A DNA stretch of 64,000 bases from Planctomycetota bacterium (GCA_965223265.1 OZ244999.1:256001-320000); one strand, 5' to 3'. Positions 20,758 to 31,240 are shown, counted from the first letter of the stretch. The notes: generated by a model from the letters alone, not told the origin. Translations and numbers: made by a program.

Positions 20758-21873
20758 TCAACGCCAGCGCAGCGGCGGGAGTTTGCGCAGGTCGATCACC
20801 GCCACGGTCTCATGCGTACGACCCGAGTGAAATTGAACGAAGTCGCCGCGGCGGTCAAACGATGGATGCGCGTGGACTCTTTCCTTCGCTCGAGTTCCTG
20901 TGGCGAGAAGTCGTCGATTGCCTGAAGCTGTCTCCATGAGCCAGACGCGTCCATCAAAGTCGTCGATGACGATAAATCTTCCGTCGGACCGCGCTGCTGC
21001 ATGCCAATAGCGACCCTCCGTGATCATGGTTGACGCGCCGTCAGTCTTGACGGTCATGATGCCTTGGCGGTCGTTCACCATCAGCATCTCGCCCGTCTCC
21101 GCGATCCATGACTCATGCGTCACCCACTCCTTCAGCGGTGTGAACCAATCGTCCGGCTTGGTGCGGAAGTAAAACGGTCGATTGGAGCTGCCATCGATAT
21201 TGACGAGCCAGCTGCGCTGCGGTGCATAGCCTCCCGTCTCCCAGACGTAGAAGATGACCGGTTCGGTAGGGCTGTGCTGAACGTGGGTGATTCTGAATCC
21301 TTGTGTGATCACAGGGCGGTATGCGCCGGAAGCGATGTTGAGGAGTCCGATCTCCCAGTTGTTCTCGTCACGCTGCTTGCTGAGCGCAAGCCATTCGCCA
21401 TCGTGGCTGACACTCGGCTGTTGATACATGCCGAGGCGCGGTGGGGGGATTTCGCCGAGCTTCTTCGCACGAAAGTCAGTGACGTCGATGGCGAAGACTT
21501 CGGGGCCGCGAAGGTAGTACAGGAGTTTACCGTCACTTGGATCCGGACACCCGCTGCGGCTGCTGATATCAGGCCCTTCCGTCAGTTGGAATATCTTCCA
21601 CGTGGACACGTCAGCCCGAAAGAGTTGCCACTCACCTGCTAGTGTCGAGGCAAAGATCAGGTTGCGGTTGTCGGCGGTGAAGTTGGAGAAGTGATAGTAG
21701 AGGTTGTCGCTGCGCGCCGGGGCGCTGGTCAATTCGTAGACTCGAATCCCTGTGACGTCGTCGATGTACGCTTTTCCTTGCACGCCCCAATCGCGGCCGA
21801 CTTGTGCCAATAACGACGCGGGCAGAGTCATTGCAATGTACAGCGCGGCGACGTACGTCAAACCGTTTTTCAT
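20758..21873 (-). CDS. Oligogalacturonate lyase-like beta-propeller protein (signal peptide)
   Basis: DDVTGIRVYELT, LYYHFSNFTADN, HVQHSPTEP, ET...QRSWL, VTHESW, HAHPSF...FHSGRT. Confidence 0.72.
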   Translation of the reverse strand: MKNGLTYVAALYIAMTLPASLLAQVGRDWGVQGKAYIDDVTGIRVYELTSAPARSDNLYYHFSNFTADNRNLIFASTLAGEWQLFRADVSTWKIFQLTEGPDISSRSGCPDPSDGKLLYYLRGPEVFAIDVTDFRAKKLGEIPPPRLGMYQQPSVSHDGEWLALSKQRDENNWEIGLLNIASGAYRPVITQGFRITHVQHSPTEPVIFYVWETGGYAPQRSWLVNIDGSSNRPFYFRTKPDDWFTPLKEWVTHESWIAETGEMLMVNDRQGIMTVKTDGASTMITEGRYWHAAARSDGRFIVIDDFDGRVWLMETASGNRRLLATGTRAKERVHAHPSFDRRGDFVQFHSGRTHETVAVIDLRKLPPLRWR

Positions 21874-22035
21874 AGAAGTGGTCTCCGATGGGGCTGCAGT
21901 CGAGAACTTCCTTTAACTTCAACTTGCGGTGAGGACTGGGGTCAAGCGCGAAAACAACCGAAGACGATCACGCGGGGAATACCGCGCCCGTGGATTTCGA
22001 AGGTGTAAGGATGAGGGCTACCGGCGGGAGGTCCC

Positions 22036-22632
22036 ATGTTCGGACTTGTCAATCAAGCGATCGTGTCGTACGTGACGCGGCACCACGGAGACGCTGCGCT
22101 TGAGGCGCTTCGAAGCAAGACTGAGGGAGTTGATCTCAATTTTTTCAGCATGGAGCAGTATCCGGACGAATGGTCCGTGGCCCTCGTGAAAACTGCTGCA
22201 GAAATTGTCGGCGAGAGGCCGGAAATCCTGCTCGAGAAGATCGGTGAGTTTTGGATTGAATTCGTTCTCGAGGGCGACTACGCCGACATGATCTCGATCG
22301 GCGGTGGTAGTGTCGCGGAGTTTCTGATGAATCTCGACGCGCTCCACGCCAGAGTCGGACAGGCGTTCCACGATCTTCGTCCACCTTCTTTTTGGTGCAC
22401 GGATGTGACGTCGGATTCTCTGCTGCTTCACTATTCATCCGAGCGCGATGGGTTAGCGCCGCTCGCCGTCGGAATGATCAAGGGCGTGGGGCGGATGTTC
22501 GATGTCGAAGTGTCTGTTACCTCGGTTGGCTCTGAGTCTGGCGACGACGAGAGCCACACGTTTCGCGTCGACATGGAACCGTGCGTGGAAGACGCTGCCT
22601 CTGCAGCGAATCGATTCATTGAGGGGGCGTAA
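22036..22632 (+). CDS. H-NOX (heme NO/O2-binding) protein
   Basis: MFGLVN start, YPDE, GEFW, FLMNLDALH (proximal His), PPSF, heme-binding YxSxR (YSSER); GGGAGG RBS. Confidence 0.93.
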   Translation: MFGLVNQAIVSYVTRHHGDAALEALRSKTEGVDLNFFSMEQYPDEWSVALVKTAAEIVGERPEILLEKIGEFWIEFVLEGDYADMISIGGGSVAEFLMNLDALHARVGQAFHDLRPPSFWCTDVTSDSLLLHYSSERDGLAPLAVGMIKGVGRMFDVEVSVTSVGSESGDDESHTFRVDMEPCVEDAASAANRFIEGA

Positions 22633-22634
22633 AC

Positions 22635-24719
22635 GTGATCGAGTTCGACGAAAGAATGCTCGACGCGGCGTTTCCGTTCTACCTCTGCGTCGACAATCAG
22701 TTCAGCGTCGTCAGCGTGGGACGGTCGCTCTACAAGTGCGTTCCTGATCTGAAAGTCGGCGAGCCCATGCGTTCACACTTCGACGTCGAGAGGCCGGTCG
22801 TCGAATCGTTCGAAGACTTCGCTGTTCGGTCTTCGGGTATCTTCGTCGTTCGCTGCCGAGTTACCGACGTTCGCATGCGCTATCAGGCGATCCAGTCGCC
22901 TTCGCGGGATTTGCTTTTCTTGGTCGGATCGCCAGCTCTCACCTCAGTCGAGGACTTTCGGCGACTTGGATTAACGGTGTCAGATTTCGCGCAGCACGAC
23001 GCTGTCCCTGACTATGTCGTCGTCGTGAACCCGAAGAGTATGCTCATCGAGGAAGCGTTGAAGCTTGCCAAGGATTTGGAGGTGGCACGCGACGCAGCAG
23101 AGGCCGCGAGTGTCGCCAAGACGCAGTTCCTTGCAACGATCAGTCATGAGATCCGTACGCCGATGAACGGAATCTTGGGAATGACGGAGCTTCTTCTTCG
23201 AGGTCGGTTGACAGAGAAACAAAGGGGCTTTGCTGAGAAACTGCATCGGTCGGGGACGGGGCTGTTGACACTGATCAATGACCTACTCGATTTTGCGAAG
23301 ATGGAATCCGGCAAGTTGGAACTTGAGCGCTCGAGCTTTTCCCTCGAGGACCTGGTCGCCGAAGTCATGGAACTCTTCGCGCCTCGAGCTCACTCGCAGG
23401 GGCTCGAGATCACCTATCGAGTCGAGAAGCAGCTGCGGAGTCGGACATTTCTTGGCGATTCGGGGCGACTTCGCCAAGCTTTGAGCAACCTGGTGTCGAA
23501 TGCCGTCAAGTTCACTGAGCGTGGCGAGATCTCGACGAGCGTCGAGTTGGCCGAGGAGACCGCAGGCTCTGCCTGCGTGACGATCAGCGTGCGAGACACC
23601 GGAATCGGCGTTTCTTCAGAGCTGCACGGCAAGATCTTCGACGCGTTCGAGCAAGCCGACGGTTCAATGACGCGGAAATTCGGCGGCACAGGGCTCGGGC
23701 TGTCCATCGTCAAGCAGATTGCTGTTCTCATGGACGGCGACATCAAAGTTGAGAGCCGGGTGGGCGAGGGTAGCGTCTTTCGTCTGTCAGTGCGTCTGGC
23801 CACCGTTGCAGACCAAGTCACACCTACTGACGCAGTCTCATTTGCTGGCAGAAGGGTCCTCGTCGTCGATGACTGTAAAACTACGCGCGACTTGCTAAAA
23901 ACGATGCTTGAGGAGTTCCAGCTTCGAGTCGACGGCACCGATTCGGTGGAGGCAGCAACTGCTGCGTTTAGGCGTTCAGTCGAAGATTCTCAGCTGTACG
24001 ACCTTGCGATCGTCGATCTCGAGATGGGTTCCGTGAGCGAATCGGCGTTCGTCACGAGAATAGGCGCTGATAGCGACTTTGCTTCGGTCCGCACCATTCT
24101 GATGACTTCCGGTGTCGCCTCCTCGCTGCGCGTGAAGGGAAAGAACGTTACGGGGATGCTGCTGAAGCCGATCAGACGGTCCAGGTTACTTGAACTGGTT
24201 GAACGCGCGCTGCAGGCGAGTGATGCGCGACCTCCAGTTTCGTGCGTGCCACCGCCGCAGGTACCTGCGGCGCCGATCGAGGCTTCCGGACGCCGCGGCT
24301 CCGTGCTTCTCGTTGAAGACAACGAAGTGAACCGAGAGGTCGCCGTCGCCATGCTCGAGTTTCTTGGCTATGACGCCGCCACTGCGGTGAACGGTTTAGA
24401 GGCCGTCGAGATGGTCCAGGTGGAGACGTTCGATCTCATCTTCATGGACTGTCAGATGCCCGAACTGGACGGATTCGCATCGACACAGAGAATCCGGCAG
24501 CTCGGCGGCAAGATTCATCAGGTGCCGATCATCGCCATGACCGCCAATGTCATGAAGGGTGACAAGGAGCGTTGCTTGAACGCAGGCATGGACGACTACC
24601 TTGGAAAACCTTTCTCCGACGAGCAACTAGCCGAGGTGCTGGAGAAGTGGCTCGGAGCGTCTGCTGCCGACCACGCCGCGTCCGCTAGCGAGCAGGATGG
24701 CCGAGCCTCGCGGCGCTGA
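22635..24719 (+). CDS. HNOBA(PAS)-domain hybrid histidine kinase with two receiver domains
   Basis: N-terminal FPFY...VGRSL...FLVGSP...GLTVSDFAQHD (sGC-type HNOBA); H-box FLATISHEIRTPMNG; NLVSNAVKFT; DTGIG; GGTGLGL; receivers VLVVDD and VLLVEDN...IFMDCQMP. Confidence 0.92.
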   Translation: MIEFDERMLDAAFPFYLCVDNQFSVVSVGRSLYKCVPDLKVGEPMRSHFDVERPVVESFEDFAVRSSGIFVVRCRVTDVRMRYQAIQSPSRDLLFLVGSPALTSVEDFRRLGLTVSDFAQHDAVPDYVVVVNPKSMLIEEALKLAKDLEVARDAAEAASVAKTQFLATISHEIRTPMNGILGMTELLLRGRLTEKQRGFAEKLHRSGTGLLTLINDLLDFAKMESGKLELERSSFSLEDLVAEVMELFAPRAHSQGLEITYRVEKQLRSRTFLGDSGRLRQALSNLVSNAVKFTERGEISTSVELAEETAGSACVTISVRDTGIGVSSELHGKIFDAFEQADGSMTRKFGGTGLGLSIVKQIAVLMDGDIKVESRVGEGSVFRLSVRLATVADQVTPTDAVSFAGRRVLVVDDCKTTRDLLKTMLEEFQLRVDGTDSVEAATAAFRRSVEDSQLYDLAIVDLEMGSVSESAFVTRIGADSDFASVRTILMTSGVASSLRVKGKNVTGMLLKPIRRSRLLELVERALQASDARPPVSCVPPPQVPAAPIEASGRRGSVLLVEDNEVNREVAVAMLEFLGYDAATAVNGLEAVEMVQVETFDLIFMDCQMPELDGFASTQRIRQLGGKIHQVPIIAMTANVMKGDKERCLNAGMDDYLGKPFSDEQLAEVLEKWLGASAADHAASASEQDGRASRR

Positions 24720-24844
24720 TCCTTGGAATCACATCGCAACTTCGCTATCTTAACGGTAGCTTTCTGAGGCGGCTGCTGGCAGCCGTGAATGCGTAGCCTG
24801 CGGAGAGCTCGCCGCAGCCGCGGCTAAGCGAGCGGAGAGAGAAG

Positions 24845-25792
24845 TTGGGACGTTACTCGTTGACACTATTGGGACTCATCTCACTGGGTTGCCAAGGGAG
24901 CGTACGAGACATGAGCGCGGAGCGACCTGATCTCGCTGAGCTGTGGGATTTTCAGCGCCCGGATGAAACAGAGACGCGTTTTCGTGAGCTCTTATCGAAT
25001 TTGCAGTCGCCGGACGACACCGGGTATTACACCGAAGTGCTGACGCAGATCGCGCGCACGGAAGGACTGCAGGGGAAGTTCGAAGCTGCCCACGCGACAC
25101 TCGACGAGGCCGAGAAACTCGTCACTCCGCAGGCTGCGAAGGCGCGCCTACGGTATCTGCTCGAGCGAGGGCGCGTGTTCAATTCGTCGGGTGAACCGGC
25201 GAAGGCGGTGCCGCTTTTTCGCGACGCCTGGGAGTTCGGTCAATCGACGAGCGAGGACGGACTGACGATCGATGCCGCGCACATGGTCGCCATCGCCAAA
25301 CAGGATGCACCAGACGAAGCTTTGGACTGGAATCTGAGGGCGCTGGAGTACGCCGAGCAGAGCTCGTCGCCCGGCGCGCAAAAGTGGCTTGGTGCACTCT
25401 ACAACAACATCGGTTGGACGTATTTCGATCGTGAGGAGTACGAGAAGGCACTCGAGATTCACGAGAAAGCTTTGGCGTGGCGGCAATCTCAAGGCGATGT
25501 GCGTTCGACGTTGATCGCGGAGTGGTCCGTCGCGAGGATGCTGCGTGCGCTCGGTCGCACGGAGGAGGCTCTCGAGCGTCAGACGAAGCTCGAAGCGGCG
25601 TATCGCCACCACGGCTTGGATCCGGACGGTTATGTTTTTGAAGAACTCGGCGAGTGTCACCTCGCGCTCGGCCGACCGGGTCACGAGGCATTTTTCGCCC
25701 GCGCCTACGAGCTGCTGTCGAAGGATTCCTGGCTCGTGCAGAATGAAGCAGAGCGCGTCGCGCGGATCAGGCAGCTCGGCGGTGTGGAGTGA
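24845..25792 (+). CDS. Tetratricopeptide repeat protein (possible lipoprotein)
   Basis: Helical TPR-like repeats (LYNNIGWTYFDREEYEKALEIHEKAL). The TTG start gives a signal ending LISLG-C; ATG 24911 is an alternative start. Confidence 0.78.
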   Translation: MGRYSLTLLGLISLGCQGSVRDMSAERPDLAELWDFQRPDETETRFRELLSNLQSPDDTGYYTEVLTQIARTEGLQGKFEAAHATLDEAEKLVTPQAAKARLRYLLERGRVFNSSGEPAKAVPLFRDAWEFGQSTSEDGLTIDAAHMVAIAKQDAPDEALDWNLRALEYAEQSSSPGAQKWLGALYNNIGWTYFDREEYEKALEIHEKALAWRQSQGDVRSTLIAEWSVARMLRALGRTEEALERQTKLEAAYRHHGLDPDGYVFEELGECHLALGRPGHEAFFARAYELLSKDSWLVQNEAERVARIRQLGGVE

Positions 25793-25843
25793 GATCTCGT
25801 CCGAAGACGGCTGCTCGTTGGCGCTCGTCATCGCCGCAGACCG

Positions 25844-28800
25844 TTAGTGGAAGTCGTGACTTTCTACCTTGGCGGGTTGGTCACTGAACTGCGGCTGCCA
25901 AAATTTTGCTGCGATGATGTGTGCGACGCCGTCCTGCTTTTGCAGCGTGCCGCTGACGCCGAGGACATGGGTTGTTTTGAGCAGCACGGCATTGCGATCA
26001 AAAATTTTGCTCCAAACGACGAGATTGACGAAGCCGCTTTCGTCTTCGAGTGTCATGAAGACGACTCCCGCTGCTGTGCCAGGGCGCTGACGGCAGATGA
26101 CCAGGCCAACGTAGCGAACTCGACAGCCGTCGGCCATGGCGTTGAGCCTCTGCGCATCCGGAAGTTTGTGAGCGCTGAGCTCGGCTCGCAACAGTGCCAG
26201 AGGATGGCTTCGCGGACTCAATCCCATAGCGCCGTAGTCCCAGGCGACGTCTTCGAAAGAGTTGAGCTGGGAAAACTGCGCCGGCGGTTCAGAGTACGCC
26301 AGTTCAAGCTCTGCGCGTCGCGTGTGAGTCTCCCCTCGCGTCTTCCAGAGCGCTTGGCGACGGTTTTTTTCAAGGCTGGCGAGAGAGCCTGCTTCCGCGA
26401 GCAGCGAAAGCGAACTTGACGAGATGCGAGCCCGCGACGCGAGCTCGTCGATCGAGGAGAAGCTATGTTCACGTCGCTCCAGCTCGATGCGGCTCCAGTC
26501 GGTGTGCCTTAGGCCTTTGATGAAACGGGCGCCAAGGCGTACCGCGAAGTCGTAGCGGCCACCACGAGCCCGTTCGAGAGTGCAGTCCCAGTCGCTCGTC
26601 AGCGCATCGATCGGGCGTACTTCAACGTCATGACGCTTGGCGTCATCGATGATGGTGGCAGCTGAGTAAAAACCCATCGGCAGAGCGTTGAGTAAGCTAC
26701 AAGTAAAAACGTCTGGGAAGTGACACTTCATCCAGGCCCCCGCATAGGCGATCAAGGCGAAGCTTGCGGCGTGGCTTTCGGGAAAACCGTACTCACCAAA
26801 GCCTCGAATCTGTTCAAAGACGCGTTCAGCGAACTCGATCGAGATGCCTTTCTCCGCCATGCGTCCGATGAGGCGGGCGCGGTGTCGCTCGATGCGCCCA
26901 GTCTTACGCCATGCGGCCATGTCACGGCGCAGCTGGTCAGCTTCGCCCGGAGTGTAGTCCGCGGCGACCATGGCGAGCCGAATGACCTGCTCTTGAAAGA
27001 GCGGCACACCAAGCGTTTTTTTGAGTACTGGTTCCAGAGAGGGATGTGGGTAGATGACGTCTTCTTCACCACTGCGTCGCCGCAAGTAAGGGTGCACCAT
27101 GCCACCTGTGATCGGGCCGGGGCGAACGATGCTCACCTCGATGACGATGTCGTAGTAAGTGTGCGGTTTGAGTCGCGGCAGCATCGCCATTTGGGCACGA
27201 CTTTCGATTTGAAAGACGCCGACGGTGTCGGCGCGGCAGATCATGTCATACGTCTCTCGGTCATCCGGCGGCACGGTGGCCATGCCCCATTCCTGTCGAT
27301 AGTGCTCGCGCAGTAGATCGAAGCCTTTGTGGAGCTGGGTGAGAGCCCCGAGGCCCAACAAGTCGACCTTGAAGAGTCCAAGCGTCTCGAGGCTGTCCTT
27401 ATCCCACTGGATAACGGTGCGCTGCGGCATCGAAGCATTCTCAATCGGCACGAGAGTGCTGACAGGTTCGTGCCCAAGAAGAAAGCCTCCCGGATGGATC
27501 GAGAGGTGGCGCGGGAAATCGATGAGCTCCTCAACCAGAGCGAGAAGCAGGCGGTGCGTGCGCAGCTCCGGGTCGAGGCCGGCACTCTTGAGGCAGTGTG
27601 GATTGATGGAGTCGTAGGGTGAGAGGAGCTTCGCGAGTCGATCCAGTGCGGTTTCGGCGATTCGGAGCGTCTTGCCGACGTCTCGGACCGCCGAGCGCGT
27701 CCGGTAGCGGACGATGTTGGCGACCATGGCGGCGTGCGTACGGCCATACTTGGCGTAGACGTGCTGGATCACCTCTTCGCGACGTTCATGCTCGATATCG
27801 AGATCGATGTCCGGCGGCTCGGCGCGCTCTCGCGACAGGAAACGCTCGAAGAGGAGCCCCATCTGAATGGGGTCAACAGCAGTGATGCCAAGGCAGTAAC
27901 AGACGGCAGAGTTAGCGGCCGAGCCGCGTCCCTGGCAGAGAATCTTCTGCTGACGACAGAAGCGGACGATCTCTCGCATGGTGAGAAAGTAGCCGCAGTA
28001 GTCAAGCTCATCGATGAGCGCCAGCTCTTTCTCGAGCTGGGTGACCATGGCCGTCGGGACGGTACCGCTGAAGCGTTCAGCGGCACCTGCAAACGTCAGG
28101 CGACGTAGCCAAGAAGACGAGGTCGTCCCGTCTGGTAAATGTTCCGAAGGGTATCGATAGCGCACTTCGCTGAGCGAAAAGGTGCAGCGCTCGGCGACCT
28201 CTTGGGCGTGCATGACGGCTGCAGGGTCGTCGGCAAAGAGCTGTTCGAAGGCACGAGGTGATTTCAAGGCGTGCTCTGCGTTTGGTTTGAGCAAGCGACC
28301 GGCGCTCGATAGCTTCAGACCGTGGCGGATGCAGGTGAGAATGTCCTGAAGGCTGCGCCTTGAGCGGTGGTGATAGAGCGTTTCGAAGCCAGCCACTATG
28401 GGGAGGCCATAGGCGACGGCTCTCTTGCGTAGGCGAGCCTCTTCCTGCACTTCTTCGGCGCGCCGGTGCCGTGCTGCTAGTGCGTAGAGACGGTCGCCAA
28501 AAACTGCACGCAGATCGGCGGCGATGGCGTCGGGAGCGGAGGGTTGGATGAGCAGACTCCGGTCGCCGCCCCAGAGGGCAAGGAGTCCTGCTGCATGTGC
28601 ACACACCTCGTGCCAGCTGACAGCGCTTTGACCTTTGGGGGAGCGGCGACGGCCGCGCGTGATCAGCTGGCACAGATTGGCGTAGCCACCGCGATCACAT
28701 GCCAGAAGGATGAGCGTCGAGGCGTCGGTGAGCGTGATCTCAGAACCGATGATCAGATGGACGCCGCGCTCCTCCGCTTTCGCATGGGCTTCGACGACAC

Positions 28801-28939
28801 CGTACACACCATCGCGATCGGTGAGTGCCATGCTTTCAATGCCTAAACGATCGCAGGCGTCGACGAGCTCTTCAGGATGCGAAGCGCCTTCGAGAAAGGA
28901 AAAGTTGCTCTTGCACCACAGCGCTGGATAAGAGGACAT
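25844..28939 (-). CDS. dnaE2: Error-prone DNA polymerase III alpha (DnaE2/ImuC)
   Basis: PHP-like SNFSFLEGASHPEEL, GRGSAANS, PPDIDLD, RHLSIHPGG, FQIESRAQ, YGFPESHA, RQRPGTA; C-terminal SHDFH (SRDFH-like). Confidence 0.96.
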   Translation of the reverse strand: MSSYPALWCKSNFSFLEGASHPEELVDACDRLGIESMALTDRDGVYGVVEAHAKAEERGVHLIIGSEITLTDASTLILLACDRGGYANLCQLITRGRRRSPKGQSAVSWHEVCAHAAGLLALWGGDRSLLIQPSAPDAIAADLRAVFGDRLYALAARHRRAEEVQEEARLRKRAVAYGLPIVAGFETLYHHRSRRSLQDILTCIRHGLKLSSAGRLLKPNAEHALKSPRAFEQLFADDPAAVMHAQEVAERCTFSLSEVRYRYPSEHLPDGTTSSSWLRRLTFAGAAERFSGTVPTAMVTQLEKELALIDELDYCGYFLTMREIVRFCRQQKILCQGRGSAANSAVCYCLGITAVDPIQMGLLFERFLSRERAEPPDIDLDIEHERREEVIQHVYAKYGRTHAAMVANIVRYRTRSAVRDVGKTLRIAETALDRLAKLLSPYDSINPHCLKSAGLDPELRTHRLLLALVEELIDFPRHLSIHPGGFLLGHEPVSTLVPIENASMPQRTVIQWDKDSLETLGLFKVDLLGLGALTQLHKGFDLLREHYRQEWGMATVPPDDRETYDMICRADTVGVFQIESRAQMAMLPRLKPHTYYDIVIEVSIVRPGPITGGMVHPYLRRRSGEEDVIYPHPSLEPVLKKTLGVPLFQEQVIRLAMVAADYTPGEADQLRRDMAAWRKTGRIERHRARLIGRMAEKGISIEFAERVFEQIRGFGEYGFPESHAASFALIAYAGAWMKCHFPDVFTCSLLNALPMGFYSAATIIDDAKRHDVEVRPIDALTSDWDCTLERARGGRYDFAVRLGARFIKGLRHTDWSRIELERREHSFSSIDELASRARISSSSLSLLAEAGSLASLEKNRRQALWKTRGETHTRRAELELAYSEPPAQFSQLNSFEDVAWDYGAMGLSPRSHPLALLRAELSAHKLPDAQRLNAMADGCRVRYVGLVICRQRPGTAAGVVFMTLEDESGFVNLVVWSKIFDRNAVLLKTTHVLGVSGTLQKQDGVAHIIAAKFWQPQFSDQPAKVESHDFH

Positions 28940-30448
28940 CTATTCCACGCTCCCCTGAAGAATCCAGCGACGCCTAAGGCGATCGAAGTAAACCCAGAGC
29001 AGCTCGCCGCGCTGCGTCTCTGCGAAGTGGTATTCCCGCTGCACGGATCGGTGCCACCAGCCGCCCGAGATGAAGTAGGGGCCGAGCACGCGCATCACCG
29101 GACCCTGTTCCAAACCGCGGAGCATCCAGCCATCGGGCTCGTGCCGCGGCCGCGCCGGGAGCTGCAGCGATGGAACGTGGATGCGACGCACTAGGGTGGA
29201 AGTTTTGCTTCTCGCTTCTCGGGGGCGAGGGGGTTTCACTCGATCAAGCTCCTCCCACGTGAAGCTTGCTTCGGGCAAATGCCCATCCCTCAGCTTTGCA
29301 TACACGACGATGCCTTCGCCGAATTCAGCGCGGAGACGTGCGAGCGAGCGGTTGGCGGCGGCGAGATCGCGCGAGGCTTTGAGCGCGAACAGCTCGAGTT
29401 GTTCGCTGGTTTTCGGTTTGCCGCAGACTGTCAGCTTCACGTCGGTGACACCACGTTCAAGGCGCAGCGACTCCAGGCGCAGGCGGACGAGCTCCATGAG
29501 CTGATCGCCGTTTGTCGTTGGGGCTGCTGGCTGGAGACGTTCGTGGTGCGCTCTCTGTGGCTCTCGTTTCTCGTGCTGCAGCTTGAAATCGAGATGGATT
29601 TCGGTGAGAGCTTCTCCACGCCGCGCCAAAACTTCGAGGAGCGATTGGAGCAAGCAGTGGATGCATTCCTGCAGGCGGCGCCGGTCGGTAGCCGCTTCGT
29701 CGAAAAAAAAATCTCTCTGCAGCGGTTCGCTGAGCGCCACCGGCTCGAAGGGAAGAGTGAGCTCCTCTCTCGCCTGCCGATGGAGAAGTCGTGTTTCCTC
29801 GTCGAAGCGCTGCGCGATACCCGCTTCCGGTAAGCGGACGAAGTCGCCAAGCGTGTGGACTCCAAGCTTGGCTAAGATGTCGCGTGTCTTTGCCAAAAGG
29901 CTCAAGCGTTCGAGCGGTACGTTTTGAAGGCTGGCTCGCTCTTCTTCTGGAGTTGCGAAGATCACTAAATCGCGACTCGCTTTGGCAATGGCGAGCGTGC
30001 TGAACTTGTTCCAGCCGACGACGATGGTGGCATGGAGCTGTTTTTGATCAGTGAGCTCTTGCCGAATGGAATGCGCCCAGGCCGAGAGCGAGTGAAAGAG
30101 AGTCTCGATTCCTGTTGCGTTGAGCCAAAAAGTCCCGGGTTCATTCTGCAGGGGTTCCACGTCGGGAGTGAACTGCTGCAGGCAGAGAGTGACTTCCTCC
30201 ACTGCACGCTCGATCTCGGTGGCAGGAACGACACCGGCACGCAAGGCTCCGGAGAGAGAGAGAGCCGCAGCATAGCGCAGACCCGGCAGGATGCGCCGGT
30301 CGCGAGCCGCTTCGTTGACCCAAAGGAGGCTTCCGTGAGGCTTGTCATGGTCAACGACGGCGGCTGGAAACCCTTGCCAATCCGGATGCCGGCGCAGAAG
30401 AATCTGGAGAGGAAATGAGGGCAGATCAATACAGGCCAGCCGGTGCAT
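28940..30448 (-). CDS. imuB: ImuB, Y-family polymerase-like accessory protein
   Basis: Y-family-like N-terminus lacking catalytic acids; QLELF clamp motif; GPYFISGGWW...REYHFAE...LLWVYFD; directly upstream of dnaE2. Confidence 0.9.
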   Translation of the reverse strand: MHRLACIDLPSFPLQILLRRHPDWQGFPAAVVDHDKPHGSLLWVNEAARDRRILPGLRYAAALSLSGALRAGVVPATEIERAVEEVTLCLQQFTPDVEPLQNEPGTFWLNATGIETLFHSLSAWAHSIRQELTDQKQLHATIVVGWNKFSTLAIAKASRDLVIFATPEEERASLQNVPLERLSLLAKTRDILAKLGVHTLGDFVRLPEAGIAQRFDEETRLLHRQAREELTLPFEPVALSEPLQRDFFFDEAATDRRRLQECIHCLLQSLLEVLARRGEALTEIHLDFKLQHEKREPQRAHHERLQPAAPTTNGDQLMELVRLRLESLRLERGVTDVKLTVCGKPKTSEQLELFALKASRDLAAANRSLARLRAEFGEGIVVYAKLRDGHLPEASFTWEELDRVKPPRPREARSKTSTLVRRIHVPSLQLPARPRHEPDGWMLRGLEQGPVMRVLGPYFISGGWWHRSVQREYHFAETQRGELLWVYFDRLRRRWILQGSVE

Positions 30449-31124
30449 GGCACGCCTCTTCGTAGCGCCAGTCGCGACTGCTGTACTTGTCTTTTAGTGG
30501 GCGCACTTCATAGCGAAAGAGATTGCCGGCTTTCTGGATGCGCCTGGCTTCAAGGCGCCTGGCTTCAATACGCAGTGAGACGAGTGAACCGAGAGAAGGC
30601 TGGTCACTAGGTTTCTGCGTCAGGAAGAGGAGGGCGGTTTGATGCTTTTTTGCCAAGCCGGCGAGTCGGGCTTGAACGGCCAGGCGCAAGCTGAAGTGGC
30701 GTCTGACATCCAAGATCACGAGTCCGAAGCCGCCGGAGCGGACGAGGAGCTCGGCGACCCGCGGCGCTTTTTGGATGGCTGGTAGGCGGATGACGGCGAG
30801 CGCCTCGAGGTCGAGTCCGTGAGTTGCGGCATCCGGTGGGAAGAAACTGCTGCTGCGGGACGTCACCCATGCCGTGATTTCACCATGGCGTTGAGCCTGG
30901 CCGATGAGATGAAAGGAGTAAGTCAGCGAGGCGGTGGAGGCGCTGCCGGAGAGCTCAACGAGCCGCCCTTGAAGACGGTCGGAATCCCAGCCGGCTGTAA
31001 CTTCTGATGTAACGTCTGATGTAACGTCTGATGGAGCTTTTGCTGCCACTTTTGCTGCCATTTCTGCTGCGACTTCGGGGGTGGCATCGGCGCGGAGCTG
31101 GGTGCGATTGGCGGCGAAGGTCAC
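30426..31124 (-). CDS. imuA: ImuA, RecA-like accessory protein
   Basis: GRLVELSG with degenerate Walker A, FFPPDAATHGLDL, ELLVRSGGFGLVILD, SLGSLVSLR; first gene of the cassette. Confidence 0.85.
   Translation of the reverse strand: MTFAANRTQLRADATPEVAAEMAAKVAAKAPSDVTSDVTSEVTAGWDSDRLQGRLVELSGSASTASLTYSFHLIGQAQRHGEITAWVTSRSSSFFPPDAATHGLDLEALAVIRLPAIQKAPRVAELLVRSGGFGLVILDVRRHFSLRLAVQARLAGLAKKHQTALLFLTQKPSDQPSLGSLVSLRIEARRLEARRIQKAGNLFRYEVRPLKDKYSSRDWRYEEACHAPAGLY
30997..31075. repeat. Two sets of short tandem 12-bp repeats in the imuA 5' region
   Basis: gtaacttctgat/gtaacgtctgat/gtaacgtctgat (SDVT-SDVT-SEVT) and tttgctgccact-like units (AAEM-AAKV-AAKA). Confidence 0.75.
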
Positions 31125-31240
31125 GAGGTATTCTCGGCTGCAAGGCTTTATAGATAAATGAGTTGAGACGATCTCCCAGGCGGAGATTGAGACTGGGAGG
31201 TCGCAGCCAACGGCTGAGATACAAGGGCACTATCCAGGGG

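Noticed and set aside
30426-31124. Possible recA
   Set aside because: Too short, Walker A is degenerate, and its position before imuB-dnaE2 identifies it as imuA.
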